From sequence record NC_047880.1: a stretch of 64,000 bases of DNA. One strand, given 5' to 3'. A program made the translations under genes and the position numbers. Below are positions 18,007-27,746 of this stretch, in pieces. The notes below the pieces were generated by a model. That model did not search any database. It had not been told where the DNA came from and was given only the letters and a program-made list of their open reading frames with translations. Position 1 is the stretch's first letter. Every line of letters starts with the position of its first letter.

Positions 18007-18426
18007 ATGCGTCACACGCTTACGTGCAGTAAAGAAGGTGAAACAGAATATCGTATCACATCAGGTGCGGATTTCAGTTCACGCTATTCAAGCCCAGAAC
18101 TCTTGTTTGAAACTGCGCGTGAGCTTGGCATCGGTCTGACTGATCAAGAACAGAAATGGTTCCGTGAACTGTCTGATCGTTGCCTCGGTGATCTCTCTAT
18201 GGAGATTCAGAAGTTTGACACTGAGGAAGAGGTTGCAGATGAACTCAAAAACTTGACGCACAATCAAGGCTTTGAAATCTCTGAGGACGTGTACGATGAT
18301 TGCATTGCAGTAAAGTCTATCATCCACGTATTCGCTTTCACTGAAACGCAGAACGGCTTCTACGACTTCATTGCATCGACAACAACCGACGCCTTAGAAG
18401 CAGCGCATGGCTTCATCTTCGAGTAA
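18007..18426 (+). CDS. hypothetical protein
   Basis: AAGGA RBS. Confidence 0.6.
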   Translation: MRHTLTCSKEGETEYRITSGADFSSRYSSPELLFETARELGIGLTDQEQKWFRELSDRCLGDLSMEIQKFDTEEEVADELKNLTHNQGFEISEDVYDDCIAVKSIIHVFAFTETQNGFYDFIASTTTDALEAAHGFIFE

Positions 18427-18432
18427 CAATAC

Positions 18433-18455
18433 AGGGTGCCTTAGGGTGCCCTTTT
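18433..18455 (+). terminator. Rho-independent terminator
   Basis: AGGGTGCC-TTAG-GGTGCCCT-TTT with two G-U pairs. Confidence 0.65.
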
Positions 18456-18579
18456 CTGATCGTATACAACCAAAATAAGCCTAAAAGGACCGAGTAGAAT
18501 CATGCGTAAGGCGTATAAAACGATGCGTAGGCAGCGTAGAAACACCACCTTTTTCTTGAGCAGTGCATTGCGCTTGAAA

Positions 18580-18589
18580 TCTGTAAATA
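18580..18589 (+). promoter_or_regulatory. TCTGTAAATA motif upstream of dam
   Basis: Intergenic, immediately before AAGGAG RBS. Confidence 0.55.
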
Positions 18590-18607
18590 CTGATAAAGGA
18601 GAGATAA

Positions 18608-19450
18608 ATGACAGCAATAAGCCCAATCCGATATCAAGGAAATAAGCGCAGCCTAATACCCTTGATTTTAGAGAACGCTCCTTCTGTTAAGGACTGTTCT
18701 CGTTTCATTGATGCGTTCGGCGGTAGTGGTACTGTCTGCTTGAATATGCCTCAACCGTTTCGCGTGTACAACGAACTCAGTCCTCAGGTGTTTGAGATCG
18801 TCAAGATGCTGTCAGAGCAAGACCCGAAGAAAACTCTGTCACAGATTAAGCGTGTTGTGAAACACTGGGCGCTGACGAACAGTAGTGAGACGAGTTACGA
18901 CGACTTCCGTGTTCACGTCCAGAAGAAGCGTACCCCGTTACTGCATTATGTTGCGCACAGACACTCACACTCCAACATGCTACGCTTCAATCAGCAAGGC
19001 ATATACAATGTGCCGTTCGGTGCTCGTGGTCTGATTGGAAAGTTCGATGAACTTGAGCATGAGCTTGTGCAATTCCATGAGCGTATGCAGGGTGTGCATC
19101 TGACTAACCTGCGCTACAATGACTTGCTCGGTCGAGTGAATCACCAGCTTAACAGCAACACGTTCTGTTACTTCGACCCACCGTATCTGGCAAGTGGTGC
19201 AATGCAGTACGGAAAGTGGACTGAACGCAATGAGCGTAACCTGCTTTCGATGCTGGAACATCTAACTCGCCTTGGTGTTCCGTGGATGTTGAGCAACGTT
19301 GTCGAGCACAGACACTTCAAGAACGATTTGTTGAAACGTTGGTTGAAACGTTGTGCAACGACCGTACTCTATCCGAATAAAACATACGCACTGGCAAATG
19401 GTCAAGGCGGTTCACACGGTACTGTTGAAATTTTAGCAATGAACTACTAA
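18608..19450 (+). CDS. dam: DNA adenine N6-methyltransferase (Dam/D12 class)
   Basis: SPIRYQGNK, FIDAFGGSG (motif I), YNVPFG, YFDPPY (motif IV), MLSN. Confidence 0.9.
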   Translation: MTAISPIRYQGNKRSLIPLILENAPSVKDCSRFIDAFGGSGTVCLNMPQPFRVYNELSPQVFEIVKMLSEQDPKKTLSQIKRVVKHWALTNSSETSYDDFRVHVQKKRTPLLHYVAHRHSHSNMLRFNQQGIYNVPFGARGLIGKFDELEHELVQFHERMQGVHLTNLRYNDLLGRVNHQLNSNTFCYFDPPYLASGAMQYGKWTERNERNLLSMLEHLTRLGVPWMLSNVVEHRHFKNDLLKRWLKRCATTVLYPNKTYALANGQGGSHGTVEILAMNY

Positions 19451-19459
19451 GAGGTTGCT

Positions 19460-20170
19460 ATGGAAGATATTCAAAAGCAGATTGAAGTGTTGAAGACAAT
19501 CCGCATTGATGATATTGGTGCATTCAAAAGCATTATGGATTATATCCATGCAGCACCAGCAGATCAGAAGCCTACAGAAGAGATGCAGAATCAGATCTGC
19601 GCTAGCCTCAAACTCAACTACGACCACTGGCGCTATTATAACGAACTGGTGTTGGTACTGTCGTACGGTGTGCCGTCTGCGCTGACTGCAATAAATATTG
19701 CATGTTCGATGTTCAACGGGCCTGACATCCGTGAGATTCTTGAGCGCTTTCAGCACGTCGAGAAAGAGCTTATCATCACTGCCGCTGAAATCGGTTTCGA
19801 ATGGTTTCAAGATAACAACAGGCTGATAACTGCGCGTAAAGCGATTGACAACTTGGTGTCGTTGTACGTTCTGGATAACCTCGGCGAAGACGAACATACA
19901 CGCTGCATTGCTTTCCCATCTATGCCTGAGATGCACCCGTATCTTGTGCAGGTGTTTGAACTCGCAGACAAGTACGGTCTGAATAGTCCTGGTTTTTGGC
20001 GCACTGCGTACAGGACGATTGGTCAAACTGATCGCAACTTCATGCTGGATTATCCGACTGACCTGTCTGAAAAACAGAACCCTGTTATCAAGACAGATAT
20101 CGGTACAATCTATTTGCTTGCTGCACCTAAACGCGGTGACACTAACAGCAATCATCTTCGCTCTATCTGA
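19460..20170 (+). CDS. hypothetical protein
   Basis: GAGG RBS. Confidence 0.6.
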   Translation: MEDIQKQIEVLKTIRIDDIGAFKSIMDYIHAAPADQKPTEEMQNQICASLKLNYDHWRYYNELVLVLSYGVPSALTAINIACSMFNGPDIREILERFQHVEKELIITAAEIGFEWFQDNNRLITARKAIDNLVSLYVLDNLGEDEHTRCIAFPSMPEMHPYLVQVFELADKYGLNSPGFWRTAYRTIGQTDRNFMLDYPTDLSEKQNPVIKTDIGTIYLLAAPKRGDTNSNHLRSI

Positions 20171-20177
20171 GGCGCTC

Positions 20178-20549
20178 ATGGCCAGAATTTATATCTCTGA
20201 TAAATACGAGGGTGACTTAGCGAATCACCCTGCTGTGTTGTTGCTGTCACTCAAGATAGGTGGTGCTACTGCCCAAAGTATTTCTGGCCGTGATCTGTAT
20301 CGCTATCTTGGTCTTAGTAAATGCTACACCGCTTGGATTAAAGATGGAGTTGAGGACTGTGGTCTTATCGAGAACGAGGACTATGTAGTCGAGTGGTTCA
20401 AGTCTGATGCAAATGGTCACTCCATAGAACACAAGTTCACTCAGCTTGCTGCTGTCGAGATCGCTATGCGCAGCCGCAGTCCTTTAGCTAAACGTATTCG
20501 CCGTTCTGTTTGCAGACGTGACGGCTTCATTAAATTTGCAGGAGAGTAA
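20178..20549 (+). CDS. AntA/AntB-family antirepressor-like protein
   Basis: ISGRDLYRYLG...WIK...GLIENEDY...AVEIAM...AKRIRR; likely ATG 20178. Confidence 0.7.
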   Translation: MARIYISDKYEGDLANHPAVLLLSLKIGGATAQSISGRDLYRYLGLSKCYTAWIKDGVEDCGLIENEDYVVEWFKSDANGHSIEHKFTQLAAVEIAMRSRSPLAKRIRRSVCRRDGFIKFAGE

Positions 20550-20550
20550 A

Positions 20551-21201
20551 GTGGAAAACGAAAACGAAATGCGCTTTGAACCTAAACATGTTGTTAATGG
20601 TTTTCAGCTTAATGCAGGTAACGTCCGACTGATGGCGTATGCTCTGGACTTAACTCGTCTTGGTGCAAAGCTTGGCCCTGACTTCTGGGAGAAACATATT
20701 ATCTCTGATCAGGAAGAGCAGGACATTATGATGAAACTCAAGGTCAAAGGTCCTGTAATTCATTCGCGTAACTTTGACATTTTCGAATCACTCGAACGCT
20801 GCCGCTTGAATGCTGCAATCGTTCTCGATGCCTTGTACTCAGGGTTCAATCAGTACGCTGATGCACTGCACCGTGTGATCTCAAACAATGAAATGCCTGT
20901 AGCCAGTTTGAAAACAGTTGGTGCTGAATATTTCACACGCACTATCAGCACATCGGATTTCGAACTGTGTACGCGCAGTCAGGCTGCAATGCTCGTAGAC
21001 TACGAACCGATTGTGATTGAAGTTGATCGTGATAACTTCGTACTGTCTGGCAACTGGCACGCCATCTCTTTTGCTGATGCTGAGTCGCGTCTGCAACTGT
21101 ATCACAAGTGGTTGTTCAATCATACACTGACCACTTTCCGCATGAAGCAGATTCTTAATCTTCATCTGCGCACCGCATACCCTGAGTCTTTCGGAGGCTG
21201 A
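20551..21201 (+). CDS. hypothetical protein
   Basis: GTG start after GGAG (ORF track start 20518). Confidence 0.55.
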   Translation: MENENEMRFEPKHVVNGFQLNAGNVRLMAYALDLTRLGAKLGPDFWEKHIISDQEEQDIMMKLKVKGPVIHSRNFDIFESLERCRLNAAIVLDALYSGFNQYADALHRVISNNEMPVASLKTVGAEYFTRTISTSDFELCTRSQAAMLVDYEPIVIEVDRDNFVLSGNWHAISFADAESRLQLYHKWLFNHTLTTFRMKQILNLHLRTAYPESFGG

Positions 21202-21202
21202 T

Positions 21203-21718
21203 ATGAACGAAGAACATATTGAAGCACTGCGTGAACGTCTGGCTAAAGCTTTGGGTTATGTACTCAAATGCGGTGACAAGACAACTCCAAGCTTTACGAG
21301 TGTCGGTCTAGGCTTCTATGTCGATGCAGAAGGTAAAGATGTGTGTTGGGTTTCTGACTGGTTGCCTGACTCGCCTGATAAGATTTTGCAAGTGATTGAG
21401 CGATATGGCTTGTCTGTCGAACGTGTTGCAAGCCCTAACCAGCGACCTCAATGCGCAAGCGAAGTCAAATGGGAATATCATGTCTGGTCACGCATGGTAA
21501 TGTATCGTAATCTCTCAAGCGATGCGCACAGATACCATCGAGTTAAAGGCGCTCGCGTGACTGCGAAAGACCTGACGACTGCTGTTCTGACTTGGGCTGT
21601 TCTCCGTGCTGAACATGTGCTTGCCTTGAAGCAAGATGCACTAGCCTCAGATCAATACAACTTCGACCGTTTAAAGGAAAAAGTTTATGTATCAGAAGCT
21701 GGACACGAAGAAGCCTGA
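21203..21718 (+). CDS. hypothetical protein
   Basis: GGAGG RBS. Confidence 0.6.
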   Translation: MNEEHIEALRERLAKALGYVLKCGDKTTPSFTSVGLGFYVDAEGKDVCWVSDWLPDSPDKILQVIERYGLSVERVASPNQRPQCASEVKWEYHVWSRMVMYRNLSSDAHRYHRVKGARVTAKDLTTAVLTWAVLRAEHVLALKQDALASDQYNFDRLKEKVYVSEAGHEEA

Positions 21719-22103
21719 CGACGATGCAGTCCGCAAAATGTATCAAGCCCGCAACCAACTCGTTGAACAGAAGATGCGAGAAATCTGGGCTATGCGTGGT
21801 TGGACTATTGATTGGGACTGGCATTGTGGATTTTGTGACGATGCCGAGTTCTTGTTTGATACTGAGGGCAAGCGTCTATATCCCATAGAAAACGGTATTC
21901 CTCATGAGACGTCAATCGCTACGTTGCTGGACAAGCATAAGCTGAATGTCACGTACATGAAGAAAACTGTAAAGATCATAAACAAGCAAGCTGATAACCC
22001 TGTTACGGGGTCTGGTGATTGCATTTATATGGCATACATCAATTGGCTACTAGCTTTCGAAAAGCAGAAATTTGAGGAGAAGAATAAGTGCGCTGCGAAT
22101 TAA
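21687..22103 (+). CDS. hypothetical protein
   Basis: AAGGA RBS. Confidence 0.55.
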   Translation: MYQKLDTKKPDDDAVRKMYQARNQLVEQKMREIWAMRGWTIDWDWHCGFCDDAEFLFDTEGKRLYPIENGIPHETSIATLLDKHKLNVTYMKKTVKIINKQADNPVTGSGDCIYMAYINWLLAFEKQKFEEKNKCAAN

Positions 22104-22606
22104 CCGAACTGCCTATCGCTGTCGATCAAGCAGAAGCAATCATGGCCAGCGTGTTTGCTTTGGCGGTTGCTTCTAAATCAAAACGGCGTGCTACTGCTGC
22201 AATGATGATTCAATTCATTGACGGCTTTCCGATGATCAAAAGCAGCGGCGTTAACGGTACTGTGCCGGGTTCGTCAAACGTTTGTGAAACACCAGACCTG
22301 CTGACAACGCTGCCTCATGTTATTCATGCGGAAGCGAACTGCCTCGACCGTCTGAATGACTACAACTCTCTGGTGACTGACCAAGACATTCTGTTTTGTA
22401 CAGACAGTCCGTGTCCAGATTGTTTGCGTCAACTGACAGACGAAGGCGTTAAGACCGTTGTGTATGCGCGTGAGTATCGCCTGACTGATCATCTCGACGC
22501 TTCTGATATTCGCATGTTCTGCCTCGATCTGAAAGCTGTTGAACAGCGCATGATTCGCAGCATCGAACGTATGTCGGAAGTTATCTCTGCAACACCGAGT
22601 GTCTAA
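22088..22606 (+). CDS. dCMP deaminase-like (cytidine deaminase fold)
   Basis: SSGVNGT, HAEANCL, SPCPDC zinc motifs. Confidence 0.85.
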   Translation: MRCELTELPIAVDQAEAIMASVFALAVASKSKRRATAAMMIQFIDGFPMIKSSGVNGTVPGSSNVCETPDLLTTLPHVIHAEANCLDRLNDYNSLVTDQDILFCTDSPCPDCLRQLTDEGVKTVVYAREYRLTDHLDASDIRMFCLDLKAVEQRMIRSIERMSEVISATPSV

Positions 22607-22634
22607 CAGACCAATAACGTAAGGGTAAAACCAA

Positions 22635-23390
22635 ATGAATTTTTCTCCGTGGAATGTGAATCGTGATGGGCATCTCCTATCTGATGAAGATATCAAACGC
22701 ATAAGAACGTTTATGGACGAACAGCGTGGACGTATTATGCGCGAGTTTATGGACGTAGCCAACATGCCGCCTGATATGCCGCAAGATATCTTTCGTAAAG
22801 GCAATAAGAGTGGCTTCTCTGCAACTGGTCGTGTTGTAGCGCACGGTACAGGTCGTTACTCGCGTTCACCTGATAACATTCCACGCGACGGCATTCTCAA
22901 GATGCGTAACATGGTCAAGGTCGATTTAGATGATGTGATGCTACAACATCATTCAGATGACTTGTTTAGCACGATTGTCAAAAAGTACGCGGACGATTCG
23001 CTTGCTCAGACGATAGCAGAAATTCACGGTGCAGAAAGTCATTCTGGTCCTAAAGGTCCTGATGGTGCTTCTCGTGCGTTCAGACTCGGACAAGCTCCCG
23101 AACGTCGTCGTATTAATCATGACGGTACTATCGACGTTTCAGATATTCCTCCAGGTACTTCTGTGGATATCGAATATCATTCTTACCAGTTAGATGCGCA
23201 GCGTAGTTCTGTGTTGTCTACTGTTAATGCACAAGCTATGGCTCGAATGATGGAACGAAGGGCTAGTGGTAAAACTGCCGTGTGGTCTGCTGATCGTCGT
23301 GACCGTGCTGCAACACCAAAAACGAAACGAGCTGCTCTGCGTAAGAAGTCTGCCGCACAGAAGAAAGCCCGTAAGCAACAACGTTCATAA
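22635..23390 (+). CDS. hypothetical protein, basic C-terminus
   Basis: 251-aa ORF. Confidence 0.6.
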   Translation: MNFSPWNVNRDGHLLSDEDIKRIRTFMDEQRGRIMREFMDVANMPPDMPQDIFRKGNKSGFSATGRVVAHGTGRYSRSPDNIPRDGILKMRNMVKVDLDDVMLQHHSDDLFSTIVKKYADDSLAQTIAEIHGAESHSGPKGPDGASRAFRLGQAPERRRINHDGTIDVSDIPPGTSVDIEYHSYQLDAQRSSVLSTVNAQAMARMMERRASGKTAVWSADRRDRAATPKTKRAALRKKSAAQKKARKQQRS

Positions 23391-23398
23391 GGAACAAC

Positions 23399-23878
23399 AT
23401 GGACACGTCATTTGATAAATCAATTGCAGACGCACTGGCCAAAGCACTCGGTGTTCCTGCTCATATGTTAGATGCGACTGCTGACCAAGATGCTATCGCT
23501 CACTATCAAGCGCAAGACAAGCATACGAAACGCAAAGTCGTGTGTGGGCTGGCTTTGCTTCAACTTCAAATTCCTGATGATATGCGCTTCGACTTGTTGA
23601 ACAATCATCTCGAAGAAACCGAACAGCTTATCAAAAGTTCGTTCGAGGAACTCACAGCAAGTCTGGTCAATGTACTGGCTCAAGACCAAGACTCTGCTAA
23701 ATCATCGCAACTCAATGGTGTTCGTCTCGCTATGCTGATGAATATCCTTGGGTTCGATAACGATACCCTTAAGGGTGTGCTACTCAGTCCGATGGCAACT
23801 CAAGCTGCTGCGATTGCTTCAACGGGCTTGAACGATATTGGACTGAAAATCCAACAACTGTACGACGAGAAAAAGTAA
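23399..23878 (+). CDS. hypothetical protein
   Basis: AAGGA RBS. Confidence 0.6.
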   Translation: MDTSFDKSIADALAKALGVPAHMLDATADQDAIAHYQAQDKHTKRKVVCGLALLQLQIPDDMRFDLLNNHLEETEQLIKSSFEELTASLVNVLAQDQDSAKSSQLNGVRLAMLMNILGFDNDTLKGVLLSPMATQAAAIASTGLNDIGLKIQQLYDEKK

Positions 23879-24033
23879 TGAGCCAACCAGACAATCCACT
23901 TGCGAAGTTCTTTGATGAAGAAGCATCTTTCCCTGGCCTAGATGAAGCACAAGATCGCGTAGATGCAATGCGTGACGGTGGCGGCGAAGCACTGGAAGAT
24001 GGCGAAGCTGATTGTGACGGCTGCAAGATCTAA
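23878..24033 (+). CDS. 51-aa acidic peptide ending EADCDGCKI (resembles ribonucleotide reductase alpha C-terminal tail)
   Basis: TAATG coupling to upstream stop; terminator immediately downstream; missing from ORF track. Confidence 0.75.
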   Translation: MSQPDNPLAKFFDEEASFPGLDEAQDRVDAMRDGGGEALEDGEADCDGCKI

Positions 24034-24039
24034 AACCAT

Positions 24040-24067
24040 TGGGGTGGCTGTGTGCTGCCCCATTTTT
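24040..24067 (+). terminator. Rho-independent terminator
   Basis: TGGGGTGGC-TGTGT-GCTGCCCCA-TTTTT. Confidence 0.75.
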
Positions 24068-24081
24068 GTTTGGAGAACGAA

Positions 24082-24543
24082 ATGGAATCTGAAATTCTAA
24101 CTAAGGCAGAGCGAGATCATTACCTAGCCGAGATCACTCGCTATCTACATCCCTCTCTTCAACGTGAAGCTTTACTCAAACTTACTGCTGCTCTCGATGC
24201 GATTATCGGTGATTCTTGCTTTGCGTTTGTGGACGAACCGACACGTATCTTGATAGACGGTCGTGCTCAAGAGGCTTTTCAGCAATGGGCTTCTGAGTAC
24301 CCTGACTGTCCTGCGCTCGCGGATAAGTCTCGTTTCTGGGTAAAAGTGGAGTTACGCAAAACCTTAGCTCGGTCTTCTTTCCACATGGGGCTTTCTACTG
24401 AACTCTGTTCGCTTTATGCAGGCAACTGTTCTGTAGATTTGACAGCACATATACGCAAGTGGCCTGATCATAAAATTCGAGCGGTATATCATCAGGCTAT
24501 TTCAAAAGAGGACAACTCAGGTGCAAACAGCATTCCGTTGTAA
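24082..24543 (+). CDS. hypothetical protein
   Basis: GGAG RBS before ATG 24082. Confidence 0.55.
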   Translation: MESEILTKAERDHYLAEITRYLHPSLQREALLKLTAALDAIIGDSCFAFVDEPTRILIDGRAQEAFQQWASEYPDCPALADKSRFWVKVELRKTLARSSFHMGLSTELCSLYAGNCSVDLTAHIRKWPDHKIRAVYHQAISKEDNSGANSIPL

Positions 24544-25051
24544 ATCTTGCAAGTACGTTCACATCGGTCGAGTCAGTAGCTGTGACTGTGACAACAAACC
24601 CTTTGCGTATACGTTGGTGCATATCATCGACGTACCGGAAAACGAAGACGAAGTGCCTGAATTCAAAAGCTTGATGCACTCACGCGAGCCTCGTTTCGTT
24701 AACTATGAGCACGGTAATTTGCTCAACGGAATCTATGCGCATGTAGGCAAACGCGAATCAGGCCGAGCCGATGTTCAAGTCATTGGCAACATGGGCAGCA
24801 CGTTCGAGAAGCGTGACGTCGGACCTAAGCTTACCGACCTGAACATGAAAGCAAACTGTGTGCTCGCAACAGCAGGTCCTGACTTGCTTGAAGTTGCGTA
24901 CATGGCTTATCAGTATTTCCACACTAAGCGTCTGGTGCAAGGTTCAAGCCCGCGCGTAGATAATCAAATCAAGTTGCTCGCTGAGGCAATCAAGAAAGCA
25001 ACTGACCTTTCACCTTTCAGGACTAAACAAAATGTTAGAGATGACGATTGA
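24521..25051 (+). CDS. hypothetical protein with N-terminal Cys cluster
   Basis: CKSC...CDC; GTG start. Confidence 0.55.
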   Translation: MQTAFRCKSCKYVHIGRVSSCDCDNKPFAYTLVHIIDVPENEDEVPEFKSLMHSREPRFVNYEHGNLLNGIYAHVGKRESGRADVQVIGNMGSTFEKRDVGPKLTDLNMKANCVLATAGPDLLEVAYMAYQYFHTKRLVQGSSPRVDNQIKLLAEAIKKATDLSPFRTKQNVRDDD

Positions 25052-25706
25052 GTTGGTAAATGCGTGGGCACCTCTGATCTTCTTTGCTGTCGGTGTCATT
25101 GGCACTCTCTGGTACTGTGGTCGTACAGACCTACTCAAACTGCGTCGTTCTCAGAAAGAACAGGCTCGTCATGATGCAGCACGTCAGTTCATGGAACAAG
25201 GTAAGATCAAAGGTGCGCAAGTCTGGATTCATCGTAAGACAGGCAATGCGTATAACATCCTGTTCCTGACAAACATGTACACCGATAAGCCCTCGTTTAT
25301 TGTGAATGTTGTCTATTCGAAACACTGGGCGTATCTGTACTCACGTCCTCTCGCAGACTTCCTCGATAAGTTCTACCACGACCCATCAGTTGACAACACA
25401 CCCGCCACAGGATTTGACGACCTGATGGCTTTGACGCATGATGCTTTAGGTCGTGTTGTTATCGACAAGCCGGAACCTGATTCTATCTGGGTGCGCGTCG
25501 ATCATCTGCCTGATGGGTTCAAAGAACTTGATGGTGAAATGACTGCCAGCTACAAAGCCAGGTCTGTCGAAGTCACCGTTCAGGAAATCGTCAATCAATC
25601 GCCGTCTCAACCATTCGTTTTATATTCTGTAAATGGAGAGCGTGAGCTGTTAAACCTCGATCGTTTCCTCAGAACTTATAAACGTAAGGAACTTGAAAAT
25701 GTATGA
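25032..25706 (+). CDS. membrane-anchored protein with DUF1653-like segment
   Basis: N-terminal TM; WIHRKTGNAY...VVY...YSRPLADFLDKF. Confidence 0.55.
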   Translation: MLEMTIELVNAWAPLIFFAVGVIGTLWYCGRTDLLKLRRSQKEQARHDAARQFMEQGKIKGAQVWIHRKTGNAYNILFLTNMYTDKPSFIVNVVYSKHWAYLYSRPLADFLDKFYHDPSVDNTPATGFDDLMALTHDALGRVVIDKPEPDSIWVRVDHLPDGFKELDGEMTASYKARSVEVTVQEIVNQSPSQPFVLYSVNGERELLNLDRFLRTYKRKELENV

Positions 25707-26013
25707 TGCCTTTAAGTACATCATGTGTGTATTGAAGGGAAGTAACCGTGAGAACGTAGATGTGTATCTGCCTATCATCTTCCCTCAGCATATCATGCAC
25801 AGTGATATGAAGGACTGCATGAAGCAATACTCCATGAGTAGTGGCTATCGTGATAACAAATACGATCAGCATATCGAATTCGTATCTGCGGGTTTCATTT
25901 CAATGGACATGCAGACGTGCTTCGGCGAATCTGAATCAATGAGCTTGAAGTCTCGACCAGAAGACGCAGAGATCATTCGAACATGGAATCAAAATCATGG
26001 AAAAGTTTCTTGA
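25693..26013 (+). CDS. hypothetical protein
   Basis: Packed ORF. Confidence 0.55.
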   Translation: MKMYDAFKYIMCVLKGSNRENVDVYLPIIFPQHIMHSDMKDCMKQYSMSSGYRDNKYDQHIEFVSAGFISMDMQTCFGESESMSLKSRPEDAEIIRTWNQNHGKVS

Positions 26014-26332
26014 GCTACTGAGCACTTTCTTTGACTCTCCAGCCAGTGCATTCGTCGTGCCTTTCGTTGTGATCAGCTATTTCATCATTGAGCACAAATA
26101 CGAGAAGCGGACGTTACGTCAGTCCCGCGCTGTGTTTGCTAACGGCTGGGATCCTGCGAAAGGTACAGAGTATAAACACAAGTGGTGGCCGGGTAGACGT
26201 TGCAGCATGTGCTACACGTCGAACAGCCCGAACGATAAGTTTGTGCCGAGTGTAGTGATCAACATCGCTGGCGTCGGTGTGCGTGAGATGAATGCTAACA
26301 AATTCCGTTCACGCTATAAGGAGATCGTATGA
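25997..26332 (+). CDS. hypothetical membrane-anchored protein
   Basis: Hydrophobic AFVVPFVVISYFII. Confidence 0.55.
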   Translation: MEKFLELLSTFFDSPASAFVVPFVVISYFIIEHKYEKRTLRQSRAVFANGWDPAKGTEYKHKWWPGRRCSMCYTSNSPNDKFVPSVVINIAGVGVREMNANKFRSRYKEIV

Positions 26333-26634
26333 TTCCTTATGTGTATCTCGAACAGTCAACAATCGAAACAATGAAGTCTGTATTCGGTTGTGACAAACCT
26401 TTCGTCGTTGCCAGCACGATGAACATTGCTGGGCATAAAGGTGATCGTGTTTACTTCTCTAACGGAGCTAACACTGTCATCGTTCCTCGTCTGCAAGGCT
26501 TCTCTATTGGTCAGGTCTACTATATCGCACTCGATAACAATGTGTACGAGTGGAAAGCAGGCACTGAATACGATCAACCTCAAGTAACAGATAATGCCGT
26601 AGTACAGGCTTATCGCATCACACCTATTCGTTAA
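26329..26634 (+). CDS. hypothetical protein
   Basis: ATGA overlap, AAGGAG RBS. Confidence 0.6.
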   Translation: MIPYVYLEQSTIETMKSVFGCDKPFVVASTMNIAGHKGDRVYFSNGANTVIVPRLQGFSIGQVYYIALDNNVYEWKAGTEYDQPQVTDNAVVQAYRITPIR

Positions 26635-26645
26635 CAGGACTAACA

Positions 26646-27746
26646 ATGTCAAAACAAATGCTTGACCTCCGCAACCCTCAGGACTTTGCTTTCTTTAACA
26701 TGCACAGTGCTGATGGCCAGTACATCTCTGTGTGTGACACTATCCTGCGTGAAGGTACGCTTGAGTGGGATGCAGCACGTACAGACGATCAGTGGCAGAC
26801 AATCATCGGTGTGGGTATGCAGTTGGTCAACACGCTGATCGCTTTCCCTGCGTTGCTGTCTGCGCGTAAGAACTGGGTAGCAGCCGTTGATGAAATGTGC
26901 TGGATGGCTCGCGGCGAAACGAATATCAAAACCCTGGGCTCTAAAATCTGGGACGAGTGGGCTGACGAAAACGGCGAGTGTGGTCCAATCTACGGTGAAA
27001 TGTGGCGACGTTGGCCTGATGTGAAAGCGTTTTTCGATGCAGCTGGTGCTTTACCTGCATTGTGGTCTCCTGATCATATTCGCAATCAAGCGGAAATCTC
27101 GCGTATGCGTGAAGACGGATATCTCGAAACTCCTATGTCCGACGGTCGCATTCTGTTTGAAGGTCAGATTGACCAGTTCGCTAACGCACTCGAATACATC
27201 ATGGCGCGCTCTCGCTCTCGTCGTATTCGCGTTCAGGGATTCAACCCGTCTTATGTGAACATGCAGGGTCTGCCTCCGTGTCACACAGAGTTTGAATTCA
27301 ACGTTACTCAGGCGACTGATTACGAAACCGCACAAATGAACTGGCGTGGGTTCGCACCTCAGAAAGACAGTCTGCATATCACTGTGCAATTACGTTCTAA
27401 CGACTGCCTACTCGGGCGCCCCTTCAACATCATGGGCTACAGCGCCATGCACCAGTTGATTGCTAAGTGGGCTGGTCTGAACGTCGGTAGCTTCACGTTG
27501 AACTCGACGAACACTCACATCTATACTCACCACGTTGAAGCGTATAAAAAGCAGCGTGAGCAATACGTCGAACTCGAAACGCAGATGAAAGAGACAGGCA
27601 ATCCGATTCAATATCCGTTGCTGGAAATCTCTGATGAAGTGCTTGGTCTGACTGCAAAAGAACTTCTCGATAACGTGAACATCGACTGGTTCCAGCTTCT
27701 CGACTATTCCCCTAAACCTGCTGTTCGTGGACGGGTGACTAAATGA
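26646..27746 (+). CDS. thyA: thymidylate synthase
   Basis: IWDEWA, GPIYGEMWR, SRRI, GLPPCH, RSNDCLLGRPFN, HIYTHH. Confidence 0.92.
   Translation: MSKQMLDLRNPQDFAFFNMHSADGQYISVCDTILREGTLEWDAARTDDQWQTIIGVGMQLVNTLIAFPALLSARKNWVAAVDEMCWMARGETNIKTLGSKIWDEWADENGECGPIYGEMWRRWPDVKAFFDAAGALPALWSPDHIRNQAEISRMREDGYLETPMSDGRILFEGQIDQFANALEYIMARSRSRRIRVQGFNPSYVNMQGLPPCHTEFEFNVTQATDYETAQMNWRGFAPQKDSLHITVQLRSNDCLLGRPFNIMGYSAMHQLIAKWAGLNVGSFTLNSTNTHIYTHHVEAYKKQREQYVELETQMKETGNPIQYPLLEISDEVLGLTAKELLDNVNIDWFQLLDYSPKPAVRGRVTK

Noticed and set aside
18441-18626. Minus-strand 61-aa ORF in the gap before dam
   Set aside because: It is antisense to the block, overlaps a terminator, promoter-like motif and RBS, and has no recognisable motif
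26646-27746. Thymidylate synthase homologue as a dCMP hydroxymethylase
   Set aside because: It keeps the dUMP-specifying Asn (GRPFN); dCMP hydroxymethylases have Asp at this position
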